Shown here piece by piece: positions 32,035 to 42,221 of a stretch of DNA of 64,000 nucleotides (position 1 is the first letter of the stretch; every line of letters starts with the position of its first letter). The stretch is taken from NCBI GenBank assembly GCA_963422375.2, contig OY729428.2, positions 1,792,001-1,856,000 on the forward strand, read 5' to 3'. Both the position numbers and the translations under genes were made by a program. Under the pieces are notes generated by a model. The model saw only the letters and a program-made list of their open reading frames with translations, was not told the DNA's origin and did no database searches. The stretch is from Bryobacterales bacterium. Lineage in GTDB: Bacteria > Acidobacteriota > Terriglobia > Bryobacterales > UBA6623.

Positions 32035-33885
32035 TCAGCGCCCCGTTGTCCCCGTCGGCCCCGCATGGCGGGCGAGGAACTCCACCAGCACGCGCGTGCT
32101 CTCGTCGCCCTCAATGCCTAGGTAGATGTCGAGCGGGCCGTGCCGTCGCCCCTTCGCCTCGTGGACTACCGCGTCAACGCCGGCCGCCTCCAGTCGGGCT
32201 CTCATTGGCATCGCTTGCTCGTGCAAGGCGGACCGTCCGTCCGACACGAACATCAGGAGGGGAGGGATGTCCTTTCCCTTCTCGACGTGATGCCAGGGGG
32301 ATACCGGCATCCAGGCAGCGGGATCGCTCCCGAAAGCGTTGCGATGGGTCTGAGTCGCGTTCTTCATGAGCAGCGGCACATTCAACATCGCTGTATCGAT
32401 CGCGACGACCCCGCTGAGATCGGACAGGGACGCTCCTGCCGCGCTCATGAATTTCTCGTTCGTGCCGACGACGGCCACCAGGTGCGCCCCGGCCGAGTGC
32501 CCCAACAGCACGATCATCGAGCCGTCGCCGCCGTACTTGGCGGCGTGCCGTTTCAACCAGGACGCCGCGTTCGCCACGTCCTGCGCCATCTCTTCCAAGC
32601 TCGCTGCGGGTCGGAACCGGTAGTTCATCGAAGCGAGGAGATAGCCTCGCGGAACCAGTCCGGTCGCCTTGAACAGGGCCCTGCGCTTGTCCCCTCGGAC
32701 CCAGCCCCCGCCGTGAACGTAAAGTACGGCCGGGGCTTCGCGCAGCCCTTCCCGCATGTAGATGTCCAAGCTCTGTCGCGCCTTATCGACGCCGTGGATC
32801 GCACCGTACGGGACGTCGGCGATCCGGACGATGCCGCGCTCCTTGCGCAACTCCTCGGAATCGCGAAGGGCCCGCCGTTCGTTCAGCGCTCCGTTCTGGA
32901 TGTCGTAGGCCCGGAGGGTCGAATTCGGCCAGTACCCGAACGGCTCGAATCCTTGCGCGCGATGCCTTGCCGCCATGCGCTCGCGGTATCGCTCGACCGC
33001 CGGCTCCGCAGGGGTCGGCTGTGCCAGGTAGCGGGCAAGGAAGCCGAAGCGGTCGCGCGAGCGCTCCATGACCGTGCTTCCGACGTGATCCGCCCATCGG
33101 ACCAGGCGGTATTCGTGCCGCAGGCGGTGGCGCCATAGCAGTCGGTGCAGGAAGTCCACGCCTTCCGCGAAGCCGAGGCCGTCCTCGTCCCCGACCTCGA
33201 TGTAGATGGCCGAGTCCGCCAGGCGAGACGGTCTGCTCTCGATGATCGAGGCGGGGTTCTCGCGGTTGAACCGCTCGTGGTCGAATGGCTCACCGAAGAG
33301 GCTGGCGATGGACTCCGGACTTCGTATCTTGTTGCGGTCCGGGACTTGGCCCCACGTCAGGCCGGGCCAGGCGCCTGGTTCCATGGCCGCCAGGGCTCCG
33401 AACGTCTCGGGGTACTTCAGGCCCAGGCGCAGGCTGCCGAATCCGCCCATCGAGGTGCCGGTCACCATCGTCTTCTTGCGGTCCGAGCTGACGCGATACG
33501 TCTTTCTGAGGTGTGGCAGGAGCTCGCTCATGATGAACGTCTCCCAGCGCTCCTTACCGTCGTAGCTGTCCATGTAGATCGAGCCGGTCGCGACGGACGG
33601 TGCCGCGATGACCATCGGAGGAAGGGTCTTCGATGCCCACATCTCGCTGATCTGCGGCTGGAATCTCGCGAGCTGCTCGCGGTCGCCTCCCGCGCCGTGG
33701 AGCAGGAGCAGCAACGGCAGGGGCTCGCTGTCGGAACGGTAGGCGGCCGGGAGCAGGACCGCGTACTCGACCGCTCCCGCGGTCACCAGTTGCGTCGGGA
33801 GCGACTCGCGGCGGATTTCAGAGCCAGTGGCGGGTCCCACCGCTGGCGACAGCAACAGGAGTCCGGCTGCAAGCACAGCGCGCAT
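32035..33885 (-). CDS. Exported protein with two tandem alpha/beta-hydrolase (esterase) domains
   Basis: Signal peptide from ATG 33885. Domain 1 has LLHGAGG and GTSMGG; domain 2 has LDIY, VHGGGW and GHSAG. Confidence 0.8.
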   Translation of the reverse strand: MRAVLAAGLLLLSPAVGPATGSEIRRESLPTQLVTAGAVEYAVLLPAAYRSDSEPLPLLLLLHGAGGDREQLARFQPQISEMWASKTLPPMVIAAPSVATGSIYMDSYDGKERWETFIMSELLPHLRKTYRVSSDRKKTMVTGTSMGGFGSLRLGLKYPETFGALAAMEPGAWPGLTWGQVPDRNKIRSPESIASLFGEPFDHERFNRENPASIIESRPSRLADSAIYIEVGDEDGLGFAEGVDFLHRLLWRHRLRHEYRLVRWADHVGSTVMERSRDRFGFLARYLAQPTPAEPAVERYRERMAARHRAQGFEPFGYWPNSTLRAYDIQNGALNERRALRDSEELRKERGIVRIADVPYGAIHGVDKARQSLDIYMREGLREAPAVLYVHGGGWVRGDKRRALFKATGLVPRGYLLASMNYRFRPAASLEEMAQDVANAASWLKRHAAKYGGDGSMIVLLGHSAGAHLVAVVGTNEKFMSAAGASLSDLSGVVAIDTAMLNVPLLMKNATQTHRNAFGSDPAAWMPVSPWHHVEKGKDIPPLLMFVSDGRSALHEQAMPMRARLEAAGVDAVVHEAKGRRHGPLDIYLGIEGDESTRVLVEFLARHAGPTGTTGR

Positions 33886-34056
33886 CGGTTTCGTTCCCTC
33901 CTTCGCGGGGTTTCTGGGGCGAGTATCGCACTGGACGCAAGCCGCTTCGGGACCAGGCAGGCAGGCTGCGAGCGTCACTGGCGCCGTCCTTCGGGATCCC
34001 GCATGGCTGCGCGTGCCAATTCCCAGTATTCTCGTTGAATCGGAGGTAACGGAGAA

Positions 34057-34815
34057 ATGCACGGTGAATCGTCTCGCGTAGCGGCGGTCACAGGGGCCGG
34101 CAGCGGCGTTGGGCGCCAGACCGCACTGGCTCTGCTGGAAGACGGATACTCCGTAGTCCTGCTGGGACGTCGCGGAGCCTATCTCGAAGAAACGGTCGCG
34201 ATTTCCCGGGCCCGGAACCGCGTCCTGGCGATTCCCTGCGACGTGACGGACGAGCGTGCCGTGCAGGCTGCGTTCGAGAGGATTGCGGGCCGATTCGGGC
34301 GACTCGACGTGCTGTTCAACAACGCGGGCGGCAACGTGCCGCCGGTAGCGCTGGAAGATCTGACGCTCGAGCAGTGGCAGGGCGTGGTCGATGTGAACCT
34401 GACGGGGATGTTCCTCTGCACTCGGGAAGCTCTGCGGGTCATGAAGCGCCAGCGTCCGCTGGGAGGCCGGATCATCAACAACGGCTCGGTCTCGGCTCAG
34501 ACCCCCCGGCCGTTATCGGCCGCGTACACCGCGACCAAGCATGCCGTCACCGGCCTGACCAAGTCCGTCGCGTTGGACGGTCGCGCCTACGGCGTGGCCT
34601 GCGGGCAGATCGACATCGGCAACGCCGCGACCGCGATGACCGCGCGGATGGCGAGCGGAGTGCTCCAGGCAGACCTGTCGGTGGCTCCCGAACCCACCAT
34701 GGACGCCGACCACGTGGCCCGAGCCGTGCTCTACATGGCGAACCTGCCCCTGGACGCGAACGTTCTCTCGATGACCGTGATGGCGACGACTATGCCGCTC
34801 GTCGGGCGAGGCTGA
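34057..34815 (+). CDS. Short-chain dehydrogenase/reductase (SDR)
   Basis: [12 protein letters not shown] and YTATK. Confidence 0.92.
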   Translation: MHGESSRVAAVTGAGSGVGRQTALALLEDGYSVVLLGRRGAYLEETVAISRARNRVLAIPCDVTDERAVQAAFERIAGRFGRLDVLFNNAGGNVPPVALEDLTLEQWQGVVDVNLTGMFLCTREALRVMKRQRPLGGRIINNGSVSAQTPRPLSAAYTATKHAVTGLTKSVALDGRAYGVACGQIDIGNAATAMTARMASGVLQADLSVAPEPTMDADHVARAVLYMANLPLDANVLSMTVMATTMPLVGRG

Positions 34816-34925
34816 GCGGTCGGGCACGGCAGGGAAGCCTGCCCGCTCCGGCCCCTCGCTTCGTTGTCGCGACACGCGTCCTGCGAACGGTCGCACCTCG
34901 GCCGGCGCTGTGCGAGAATCGCGCC

Positions 34926-36386
34926 TTGAAACCAGCTCTCCCTGCCAGCCTGCTCGCGGCCTGCTTGCTGCAAGCCGCCGCGGACTTCGAGGATCCCAAA
35001 CCGCCGAATTCGGCTCCGGCTGCGGCGAGGGCGCCCGCGGAACCTCGTCCGCATTCCGACGTCACCTACCACCGCGCGCCGCGACCCTTGGCCGAATCCG
35101 CGGTCAGCGAGGACTGGCCCGCGTTTCTGGGGTCCCGGGGCGAGCCCGTTTCCCGAGAGACCGGCTTGCTTGGGATGTTCGGGCCCGGCGGGCCGCGGCT
35201 CGTCTGGGAGCTGGCCAAGGGCACGGGATATAGCTCGCCGTCGATCAAGGGCGAGTACTTGGTATACCTGCACCGGTCGGGCTCGGAAGTGGTGGTCGAG
35301 TGCCTGCATCCGGAGACAGGAGAGTCGTACTGGACCTTCCGCTACCCGACGGACTTTGAAGACCGCTACGGCTACAGCAACGGCCCACGGGCCAGCCCAG
35401 TCATCGACGGCGACCATGTCTATACCTACGGCGCGCAAGGAAGGCTGCACTGCCTGCTGTTGAGGACCGGGCAACTCGTGTGGCGCCGGGACATCGCAGA
35501 AGAGTTCGCCGTGCCGCAGGACTTCTTCGGGACCGCAACCACGCCCCTCATCGACGGGGATAGCCTGATTCTGAACGTAGGCGCGCCGGGCGGACCCGAG
35601 GTCGCGGCCTTCGACAAGCTCAGCGGGCGTATGCTATGGGGCGTGGGCGACCGTTGGGGCGCTAGCTACGCGACGCCTGTACTGGCCGAGATCCACGGCC
35701 AGCGGCGGGTTTTCGTTTTGGCCGGCGGGGAAAGCAACCCCCCTGCGGGCGGTCTGATCGCCGTAGACCCGGCGAAGGGCAGCCTGTCATTCCGGTTTCC
35801 TTGGCGCAGCCGCAGCTACGAATCGGTGAACGCGTCCTGCCCGGTGGTCGTCGGCAACAGGGTTCTGGTGTCCGCCACCTATCGCACCGGCGCGGCATTC
35901 TTGGCGATCGAGCCGGACGGCAGCTTTCGGAAGCTGTGGCAGAACCCGGATTTCGACCTGCACTGGACCACGGCGGTGCATGATGACGGATACTTCTATG
36001 CTTTTTCCGGCCGCAACGAGCCGGACGCGAAGCTCGCCTGCGTGCGGGCCTCGGACGGCGAGACCGTGTGGAGCCAGGCTCTCGAATGGCAGGAGACGGT
36101 CCGGCTGCAAGGCGAAACGCGAACGATCTACGGGAGTCCGTATCGAGGCAACCTATTGAAGGTGGATGGGAGGTTCTTGGCGCTGGGCGAGCACGGGCAC
36201 CTGCTGTGGCTGGACCTGTCCCCTGCGGGACCGAAGGTCCTTGAACGGGCGCGGCTCTTTCTCGCACGCGAGACTTGGAGTCCACCGGTAGTGAGGCGCG
36301 GATTGCTCTACGTGAGCCAGAATTCCCGGTCCATCGACCCACCATCGGGACCGCGCCTCCTCTGTTACGATCTGAGGGGAGGGTAG
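34926..36386 (+). CDS. PQQ-binding-like (BamB-type) beta-propeller protein
   Basis: Probable TTG start at 34926, DWPAFLG, GYSSP, GPRASP, SYATP, WSPPV and LLCYDLR. Confidence 0.78.
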   Translation: MKPALPASLLAACLLQAAADFEDPKPPNSAPAAARAPAEPRPHSDVTYHRAPRPLAESAVSEDWPAFLGSRGEPVSRETGLLGMFGPGGPRLVWELAKGTGYSSPSIKGEYLVYLHRSGSEVVVECLHPETGESYWTFRYPTDFEDRYGYSNGPRASPVIDGDHVYTYGAQGRLHCLLLRTGQLVWRRDIAEEFAVPQDFFGTATTPLIDGDSLILNVGAPGGPEVAAFDKLSGRMLWGVGDRWGASYATPVLAEIHGQRRVFVLAGGESNPPAGGLIAVDPAKGSLSFRFPWRSRSYESVNASCPVVVGNRVLVSATYRTGAAFLAIEPDGSFRKLWQNPDFDLHWTTAVHDDGYFYAFSGRNEPDAKLACVRASDGETVWSQALEWQETVRLQGETRTIYGSPYRGNLLKVDGRFLALGEHGHLLWLDLSPAGPKVLERARLFLARETWSPPVVRRGLLYVSQNSRSIDPPSGPRLLCYDLRGG

Positions 36387-36938
36387 GATCCAGAACGCTC
36401 GGGTTCGGCTCGCTGTCCCGCCAAGGGCATGCTAGAGCAGTTTCAGGCGAGAGTCGAATTCACGAATGCTGGATTCAGTACGACTCGCATTTCGGCCGGG
36501 TCGATGTAGAGAAATGTAAGCGCGATATTGAGAATTCCCTCAGGGTGATTCTCGAGAATGCGGCACTCTTGTCCGATGCAGTGGTACTACTGAATGCATT
36601 CTCGACTAGCCTAGGACCAATGCCAATGCTCGAGACAATAGAAGGTTACGGCGCACAGGAAGTCCTTCTTCCACTCGTCACGGCGCTTGGGTCGAACTTG
36701 GATTGAATCCGCAGGCTGCACTGGAGGCAAGAGAAGTCGCTGGCGACATCCGGGATGATCTGGCTGCGCTGCGAGCGAAACCAGCCTCCGACCCGCGGTG
36801 TCCCTCGCAAGTACAGCGTGTGTCGGCGAACACGCGCGAGAGTCCTCCGGGCTCGCCATGGGCGGTCACCGATTCGAGTCGGACCGAGTCCGCCGGTGAT
36901 TCACTGCGCGAGACGGATTTGCTCTCCGAGCCGTGATC

Positions 36939-39257
36939 TCATTCGTTCTCCGGCAGGACCTTCAATAGCACGGCCGTGCGGTCCACGAAGACGCGCCGCA
37001 GGCCCCACCGGCTCGGGTCACTGGCGATCGCCAGGGCTTGCGGATAGTAGGGATCGCTCGGGTGCAAGTTGAGCGCCACGTACGCGATGCGGGCTTCGCG
37101 CAGCCTTGCGGCGGCGGAGGCGGCTCCGCTGACTGCGCTGGCGGGCCGATGAACGGGTCCCGCGTGGACTGCCTCTAGCCGGATCCATTCTCCGTGGGAC
37201 TGCAGGCCGTCGATGTCAAGGGCTGATTGGGAGCGAGCCGAGGCGCGTGGGTGGACCAGCTCCATGCCGTCCGTCACGAGGGGCGTGCCGAACTGAACTT
37301 GGAGAAACATGCCGGGAGCGGGAGGCTCTCTGGAGTTCCACGTGGTGAAGACATCGCCGTCGAACGGCCGCAGCGCGTGCCAGGGATGCGGGAATGAGGA
37401 CGCTACGGCCTCGCCGGGCAGTTGGAGCGGCTCCCCGCTACGCAGCAGCCGGAGCTCCGACACGGACCATACGCGAGCCCTCTGGGCTCGAACCTGACGG
37501 ATTCGCAGCCCGAGCAGGGGCTGCGGCTTCCACGAGGCCTGCAGCAGGTAGTCGGGCCTGGTGGCGGGATCGAGCGGGGCCAGGAGCGCGTCTGCCAGGT
37601 CCTGGTTCTCGAGTCCTTGGTAGGAGACTAGCAGCTCCGCTCGAAAATACGCCTCGGGCAGGTTGAACAGGCTCAGAACGCGTGTCTCCGGGCCGCCCAG
37701 CTGGTTCAGTCTGTCCGCAAGCAGGTAGAACTCGACGTTGCGGGCTAGGTGCCACATCTGCGGCTCGATTCGCAGCGCCGCCCTCCAAGGGAACCCGTTC
37801 ACGCTCCAGAGCCCGGAGTAGTACCAAAACGAACGGTGCGCCGGCCAGGACGTCACGCACTGAAAGGCCAGCACCGTGGTGGCCGCGGCGAGGGCTTGGC
37901 GCCGGGGCAAGGATTCCAGTGCCAGCCCGAGCGCGAGCGCCCCGAACATCACGCTCGGTATCAGGAACCGGGCGCCGGCGTTCAGGAACCAGGGCAGGGC
38001 GCATGTCAGCGACGCGGCCAGAAGGGCCCTTCCGAAGGGCCGCCGCCAAGCCAGAAGGGCGAACGGCGCGAGGGCGAGCGTCCACCCCAGCGATCCCGAG
38101 TAGCGCTCGCCCAGCACCAACTCGAACGGGGCTGACAGAAGCTGCTCCCAGCGGTCGAAAGGCCCCCCTTGGTAGGACTTCATCGCGAAGGCGTAGGCCG
38201 CTTCCCATTCGACGCTGATGTAGGGGTTCCTGAACCAATCGTTGAAGAAAGGCGCAAGCGGATTCCCCGTCAGCAGGGCGCTCTTGAGCAACCAAGGCAG
38301 GCCCATGACGGCGGCCGTCGCCCCGCACAGCGCCAGCGCCTTGGCCGCTGGCTTCCACTCCCGGTGTCTCGCTAGCAGGGAGCCTGCCGCCGCGATCGCA
38401 GCCGCGCCGGAGACGACGCCCGTGTACTTGACAGAGAAGCAGAAGCCGATCAGCAGTCCCAGCAAGATGAGCCAGCCGTTCTCCCTGTCGCTCCACCAGA
38501 TCGCTAGCAGATAAAAGGTGAGCAGCAAGGAAAACGCTAGGGCGCAGTCGTTGTACGCGGACGTCGCATCCGGAATCACGACCGGGCAAGTGAACACGAC
38601 CACCCCAGCGAACGCCCCCGCGAGCGCGCAGCCGAACCTGCGAGCGAGGCATAGCACTCCCCCGACTGTCGCGGCGAGGAACGAGAAATGCACGATCTTG
38701 GCGGCGGACTCCCTGCCAATCGCGTACGCGAGCAGGTACAGCATCTCGGCCCCTTGGGAGATGTGCGCGTAGACGCTGGTCGTGATCGGCACGAACCCGT
38801 GCGCTCGGTAGTACCTCTGGACGAGTCCGAGGTGATAGCCCAGGGCGTCCGAGCGCGTCTCCGGGGCCAGCGTGTGGACTAGGTACAGCGCTCCGTAGGC
38901 CGCGACGGGCACTAGGACCAGACACCATTCCGCACGGCCGCCGCCGGCGCTTGCCCTGTAGGGCGATGGCCTCCGCCCCCATTGCAGCCAGCACCCGGCG
39001 ACCGCAGCGGCGAGCAGGAGCACCGTCGCGTCGTAGACCCACCCGAGGGCGCACAGCGCGAAGACGGCGGCGCTCAGCACGGCCGCGCCGATTCCGTAGG
39101 ACAGGATCCAGGTTTCGGCTCGGGTCAGCTTCCCGTGCGTGAAGGGCAGGCGGGCGAGAGCCGTGCGTCCAAGCAGCACGGCCCCGAGGACCGCGAGGAG
39201 CCCGCCGCCGAGCACCCCGGCTAGATCGTCGAGCGCTTCGGGGATCGATGCGTCCAT
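36939..39257 (-). CDS. Polytopic GT-C-fold (ArnT/PMT-like) glycosyltransferase with a C-terminal discoidin-like domain
   Basis: Many TM segments, DALGYHL, SVKYTG, PWLLKSALLTGNPLAPF, ARFLIP; C-terminal FDGDVFTTWNS. Confidence 0.65.
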   Translation of the reverse strand: MDASIPEALDDLAGVLGGGLLAVLGAVLLGRTALARLPFTHGKLTRAETWILSYGIGAAVLSAAVFALCALGWVYDATVLLLAAAVAGCWLQWGRRPSPYRASAGGGRAEWCLVLVPVAAYGALYLVHTLAPETRSDALGYHLGLVQRYYRAHGFVPITTSVYAHISQGAEMLYLLAYAIGRESAAKIVHFSFLAATVGGVLCLARRFGCALAGAFAGVVVFTCPVVIPDATSAYNDCALAFSLLLTFYLLAIWWSDRENGWLILLGLLIGFCFSVKYTGVVSGAAAIAAAGSLLARHREWKPAAKALALCGATAAVMGLPWLLKSALLTGNPLAPFFNDWFRNPYISVEWEAAYAFAMKSYQGGPFDRWEQLLSAPFELVLGERYSGSLGWTLALAPFALLAWRRPFGRALLAASLTCALPWFLNAGARFLIPSVMFGALALGLALESLPRRQALAAATTVLAFQCVTSWPAHRSFWYYSGLWSVNGFPWRAALRIEPQMWHLARNVEFYLLADRLNQLGGPETRVLSLFNLPEAYFRAELLVSYQGLENQDLADALLAPLDPATRPDYLLQASWKPQPLLGLRIRQVRAQRARVWSVSELRLLRSGEPLQLPGEAVASSFPHPWHALRPFDGDVFTTWNSREPPAPGMFLQVQFGTPLVTDGMELVHPRASARSQSALDIDGLQSHGEWIRLEAVHAGPVHRPASAVSGAASAAARLREARIAYVALNLHPSDPYYPQALAIASDPSRWGLRRVFVDRTAVLLKVLPENE

Positions 39258-39279
39258 CCTCGAGCCGGGCCTCGTCCCG

Positions 39280-40050
39280 TCAGGCCCTCCGCAGCGGCTT
39301 CACGAAGTACTTCGCGATGCACCAGAGCGCCCACCACCCGTCGCGCGGGCGGATTTTCTTGCCTTCCGCGTAGGTGCGGCCGTGATACGAGATGCCGACC
39401 TCGTAGACGCGCGCGCCTGCCTTGGCGACCTTGGCCGTCACTTCCGGCTCGAAGCCGAAGCGGTCCTCCTCAAGGATGATCGACTGCAGCAGGTCGCGAC
39501 GGAAGACCTTGTAGCACGACTCCATGTCGGTGAGGTTGAGGTCCGTGGCAAAGTTTGACAGCAAGGTCAGGAAGCGGTTGCCGAGGTAGTGCCTGAAGTA
39601 CAGCACGCGGTGCTCGCTGGCGGTTAGAAAGCGCGAGCCGTACACGACGTCGGCCTTGCCTTCGAGCAGGGGGTTCAGCAGCCTCGGATAGTCCGTCGGG
39701 TCGTACTCCAGGTCGGCGTCCTGCACGATGACGAAGTCCCCGGTCGCATGGGCGAAGCCCGCCCGAAGGGCGCGCCCCTTGCCTAGGTTGCGGGGCTGGC
39801 CGTACACCCTCACGTTGTCGTACTCGCCCTGCAGTTCCATGGCGACATGCAACGAGCCGTCAGTCGAGGCATCGTCGATGATCAGGACTTCCTTGTCGAT
39901 TTCGACGGCTTGCACGCGCCGAACAATCTCGCGCAGCGTGCCTCCCTCGTTGTACACGGGGATCACGACAGAGAGTCTCGCCGGCACGTCAGAACGCTCT
40001 CGGACCGCGGCCCGGCGGCCCTCCGGCGCCGCCAGTGGACCAGTAGCCAA
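39280..40050 (-). CDS. GT2 polyprenol-phosphate glycosyltransferase (DPM1-like); start uncertain
   Basis: LSVVIPVYNE, DDASTDG, NLGKG, QDADLEYDP, VYGSRF, TDMESCYK and FGFEPE. Confidence 0.9.
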   Translation of the reverse strand: MATGPLAAPEGRRAAVRERSDVPARLSVVIPVYNEGGTLREIVRRVQAVEIDKEVLIIDDASTDGSLHVAMELQGEYDNVRVYGQPRNLGKGRALRAGFAHATGDFVIVQDADLEYDPTDYPRLLNPLLEGKADVVYGSRFLTASEHRVLYFRHYLGNRFLTLLSNFATDLNLTDMESCYKVFRRDLLQSIILEEDRFGFEPEVTAKVAKAGARVYEVGISYHGRTYAEGKKIRPRDGWWALWCIAKYFVKPLRRA

Positions 40051-40161
40051 GTATGCTACGGCTGGCCGAGCGGTACCCGAGGCGAGGCTGGCCGGCGCGG
40101 TTCCGGGTCGAGCCGCCGGTCTTCGACGGTGCGCCCGGCTGGCGTCCTATACTCGGAGGCA

Positions 40162-41694
40162 TTGCAGGATACCCGACAGCCCGTTCGCGCGCAGCCCGGA
40201 ACGGTCTACCTCGTGGGTGCGGGGCCCGGCGACCCCGACCTCCTCACGCTGCGCGCCCGGGAGTTGCTGCGAGCGGCCGACCTGATCCTCTTCGACAATC
40301 TCACGTCGGCCGAGGTCCTGTCGTTCGGTCGTCCGGACGCGGATCGGCGTTACGTAGGCAAGAAGCGGGCCGAGCAGGCCTGCACCCAAGACGAGATCAA
40401 CGGCGTGATGGTTGCCGCGGCCTTGGACGGCAAAGCGGTAGTGCGTCTCAAGGGCGGCGACCCGTACGTTTTCGGACGTGGCGGCGAGGAGGCCCAGGCG
40501 CTGGCCCGGGCCGGAGTCCAGTTTGAGGTCGTTCCCGGCGTCACGTCGGCCTTGGGTGCCGCGGCCTACGCGGGCATGCCGCTAACCCACCGGGACTTCA
40601 CCCAAGCCGTGACTTTCGTGACCGGGCACGACGTGGACTGCATCGACTGGCGCTTGCTCGCGGCCGGCCACACACTCGTTGTGTTCATGGGGCTGGTGTC
40701 GATCGCCGAGATCGCCCGGCGGCTGACCGGCGCGGGTCTCGCCCCGTCCACGCCGGCTGCGGCCCTGCGCTGGGTCACGCGAGGCGACCAGAGAGTGGTG
40801 TCCGGCACGCTGGAGGCCCTTCCCGACGCCGTGCGGCGAGAGGGACTGAAGCCGCCCGCGTTGGTCGTGATCGGAGAGATCGTCATGCTGCGCGAGGAGA
40901 TCGACTGGTTCGACAGGCTCCCGCTTCGTGGCCAGTCGGTCGCTGTGACGCGCGCTTCCGCGCAGTCGGCGGAATTCTGCGGCGAGCTGCGTCGCTTGGG
41001 CGCCCATGTCATCTCGGTTCCCACGATCGAATTCGAGCCGCCTTCCGACTGGGGGCCGGCAGACCGGGCACTTCGCGACCTGCCTGGCTACGACTGGTTG
41101 GTGTTCACCAGCGTCAACGGCGTCGACCGGTTCCTCGCCCGTCTGGACGCAGCGTCGCGCGACTTGCGCGACTTGCCGCGCGGCATATGCGCGATCGGTC
41201 CGGCCACTGCGCAGCGCCTGCGCTCGCTTCGACTCCGTGCCAACGTGGTGCCGGAGGAGTTCGTCGCCGAGTCTCTGGTAGCGGAGTTCGAGTCGCGGGG
41301 AGTGCGCGGCAGTAGGGTCCTGATTCCTCGGGCGGAGGAAGCGCGCGACGTGCTTCCTGTCCGGCTTGCCGGGATGGGTGCCCGGGTCGATGTGGTACCG
41401 GTGTACCGTACGGTGCTGCCGCGAGACTCGATGGGTGCCGCCGCCGCCGCTTGGGGCGCCCCCCGTCCGCCCGATTGGGTGACTGCGACGAGTTCATCGA
41501 CCCTGCGGAACCTCGCGAAGCTGGTGCCGGTCGAGAGGCTCCGGAAATCTAAGCTCGCTTCGATCGGGCCGGTCACGTCTGCCACGGCGCGTGACTTGGG
41601 CCTGTCTGTAGCGGCCGAGGCTTCCTTCTACACCACGGACGGACTGATTCAAGCGTTGGTCCTGGCAAGCTCCGCCGGGGCCGTTCCCCCTTAG
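40162..41694 (+). CDS. cobA: Uroporphyrinogen-III C-methyltransferase / uroporphyrinogen-III synthase fusion (CobA/HemD)
   Basis: TTG after GGAGG. VYLVGAGPGDPDLLT, RLKGGDPYVFGRGGEE and VPGVTS, followed by HemD motifs VTRA, FTSVNGV, TSSST and SIGPVT. Confidence 0.92.
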   Translation: MQDTRQPVRAQPGTVYLVGAGPGDPDLLTLRARELLRAADLILFDNLTSAEVLSFGRPDADRRYVGKKRAEQACTQDEINGVMVAAALDGKAVVRLKGGDPYVFGRGGEEAQALARAGVQFEVVPGVTSALGAAAYAGMPLTHRDFTQAVTFVTGHDVDCIDWRLLAAGHTLVVFMGLVSIAEIARRLTGAGLAPSTPAAALRWVTRGDQRVVSGTLEALPDAVRREGLKPPALVVIGEIVMLREEIDWFDRLPLRGQSVAVTRASAQSAEFCGELRRLGAHVISVPTIEFEPPSDWGPADRALRDLPGYDWLVFTSVNGVDRFLARLDAASRDLRDLPRGICAIGPATAQRLRSLRLRANVVPEEFVAESLVAEFESRGVRGSRVLIPRAEEARDVLPVRLAGMGARVDVVPVYRTVLPRDSMGAAAAAWGAPRPPDWVTATSSSTLRNLAKLVPVERLRKSKLASIGPVTSATARDLGLSVAAEASFYTTDGLIQALVLASSAGAVPP

Positions 41695-41719
41695 GGGCGA
41701 TAATGGTTGGGGAGAGAGC

Positions 41720-42208
41720 ATGCGTTACCTCCAAGCGGGTGAGCAGCAGCTGGTCGCGCTAGATCCCGATAACGGCACGCTGCAGCAGCTCGTGCAGCAG
41801 GCCGGGTACTCCTGCACCATCGCGGTCGAGCGCAGAAGAGTCAGCCTCGAAGTGACGGCCAAGGAACTGAACGGCTCGTTGCTGCTGTTCGACGCGAGCG
41901 ACCCGGCCAACGTCGGCTGGTTCTCGCGCTGCCAGTTCTACGTCGATTCGGTGTCGGGAGTCGTTCTGCAGACGCCGCTGGTTCTGGCCAACTGCTACGA
42001 CGGGAACGAGCTGGCGCGCGATCGGCTGCGCGTTTCCATGGCGACGGAGCTGCCGGCGGGCTTTCGCCTGCCCGGACGGCGCGGGCTGACCGAGCAGGTG
42101 GTCTACGCGCTGATGTACAACCTGCTGACCGCCCTCCGGGAAACCGGCGTGGCGCTCTGCGGCCCGGCGGGCCTCCGTCCGCTCGCGGGAAGCGGGCGCG
42201 GGCGTTAA
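41720..42208 (+). CDS. Hypothetical protein
   Basis: Purine-rich RBS, genome-like codon usage, follows cobA/hemD; no motif recognised. Confidence 0.65.
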   Translation: MRYLQAGEQQLVALDPDNGTLQQLVQQAGYSCTIAVERRRVSLEVTAKELNGSLLLFDASDPANVGWFSRCQFYVDSVSGVVLQTPLVLANCYDGNELARDRLRVSMATELPAGFRLPGRRGLTEQVVYALMYNLLTALRETGVALCGPAGLRPLAGSGRGR

Positions 42209-42221
42209 TTCGGCAGCGGGC

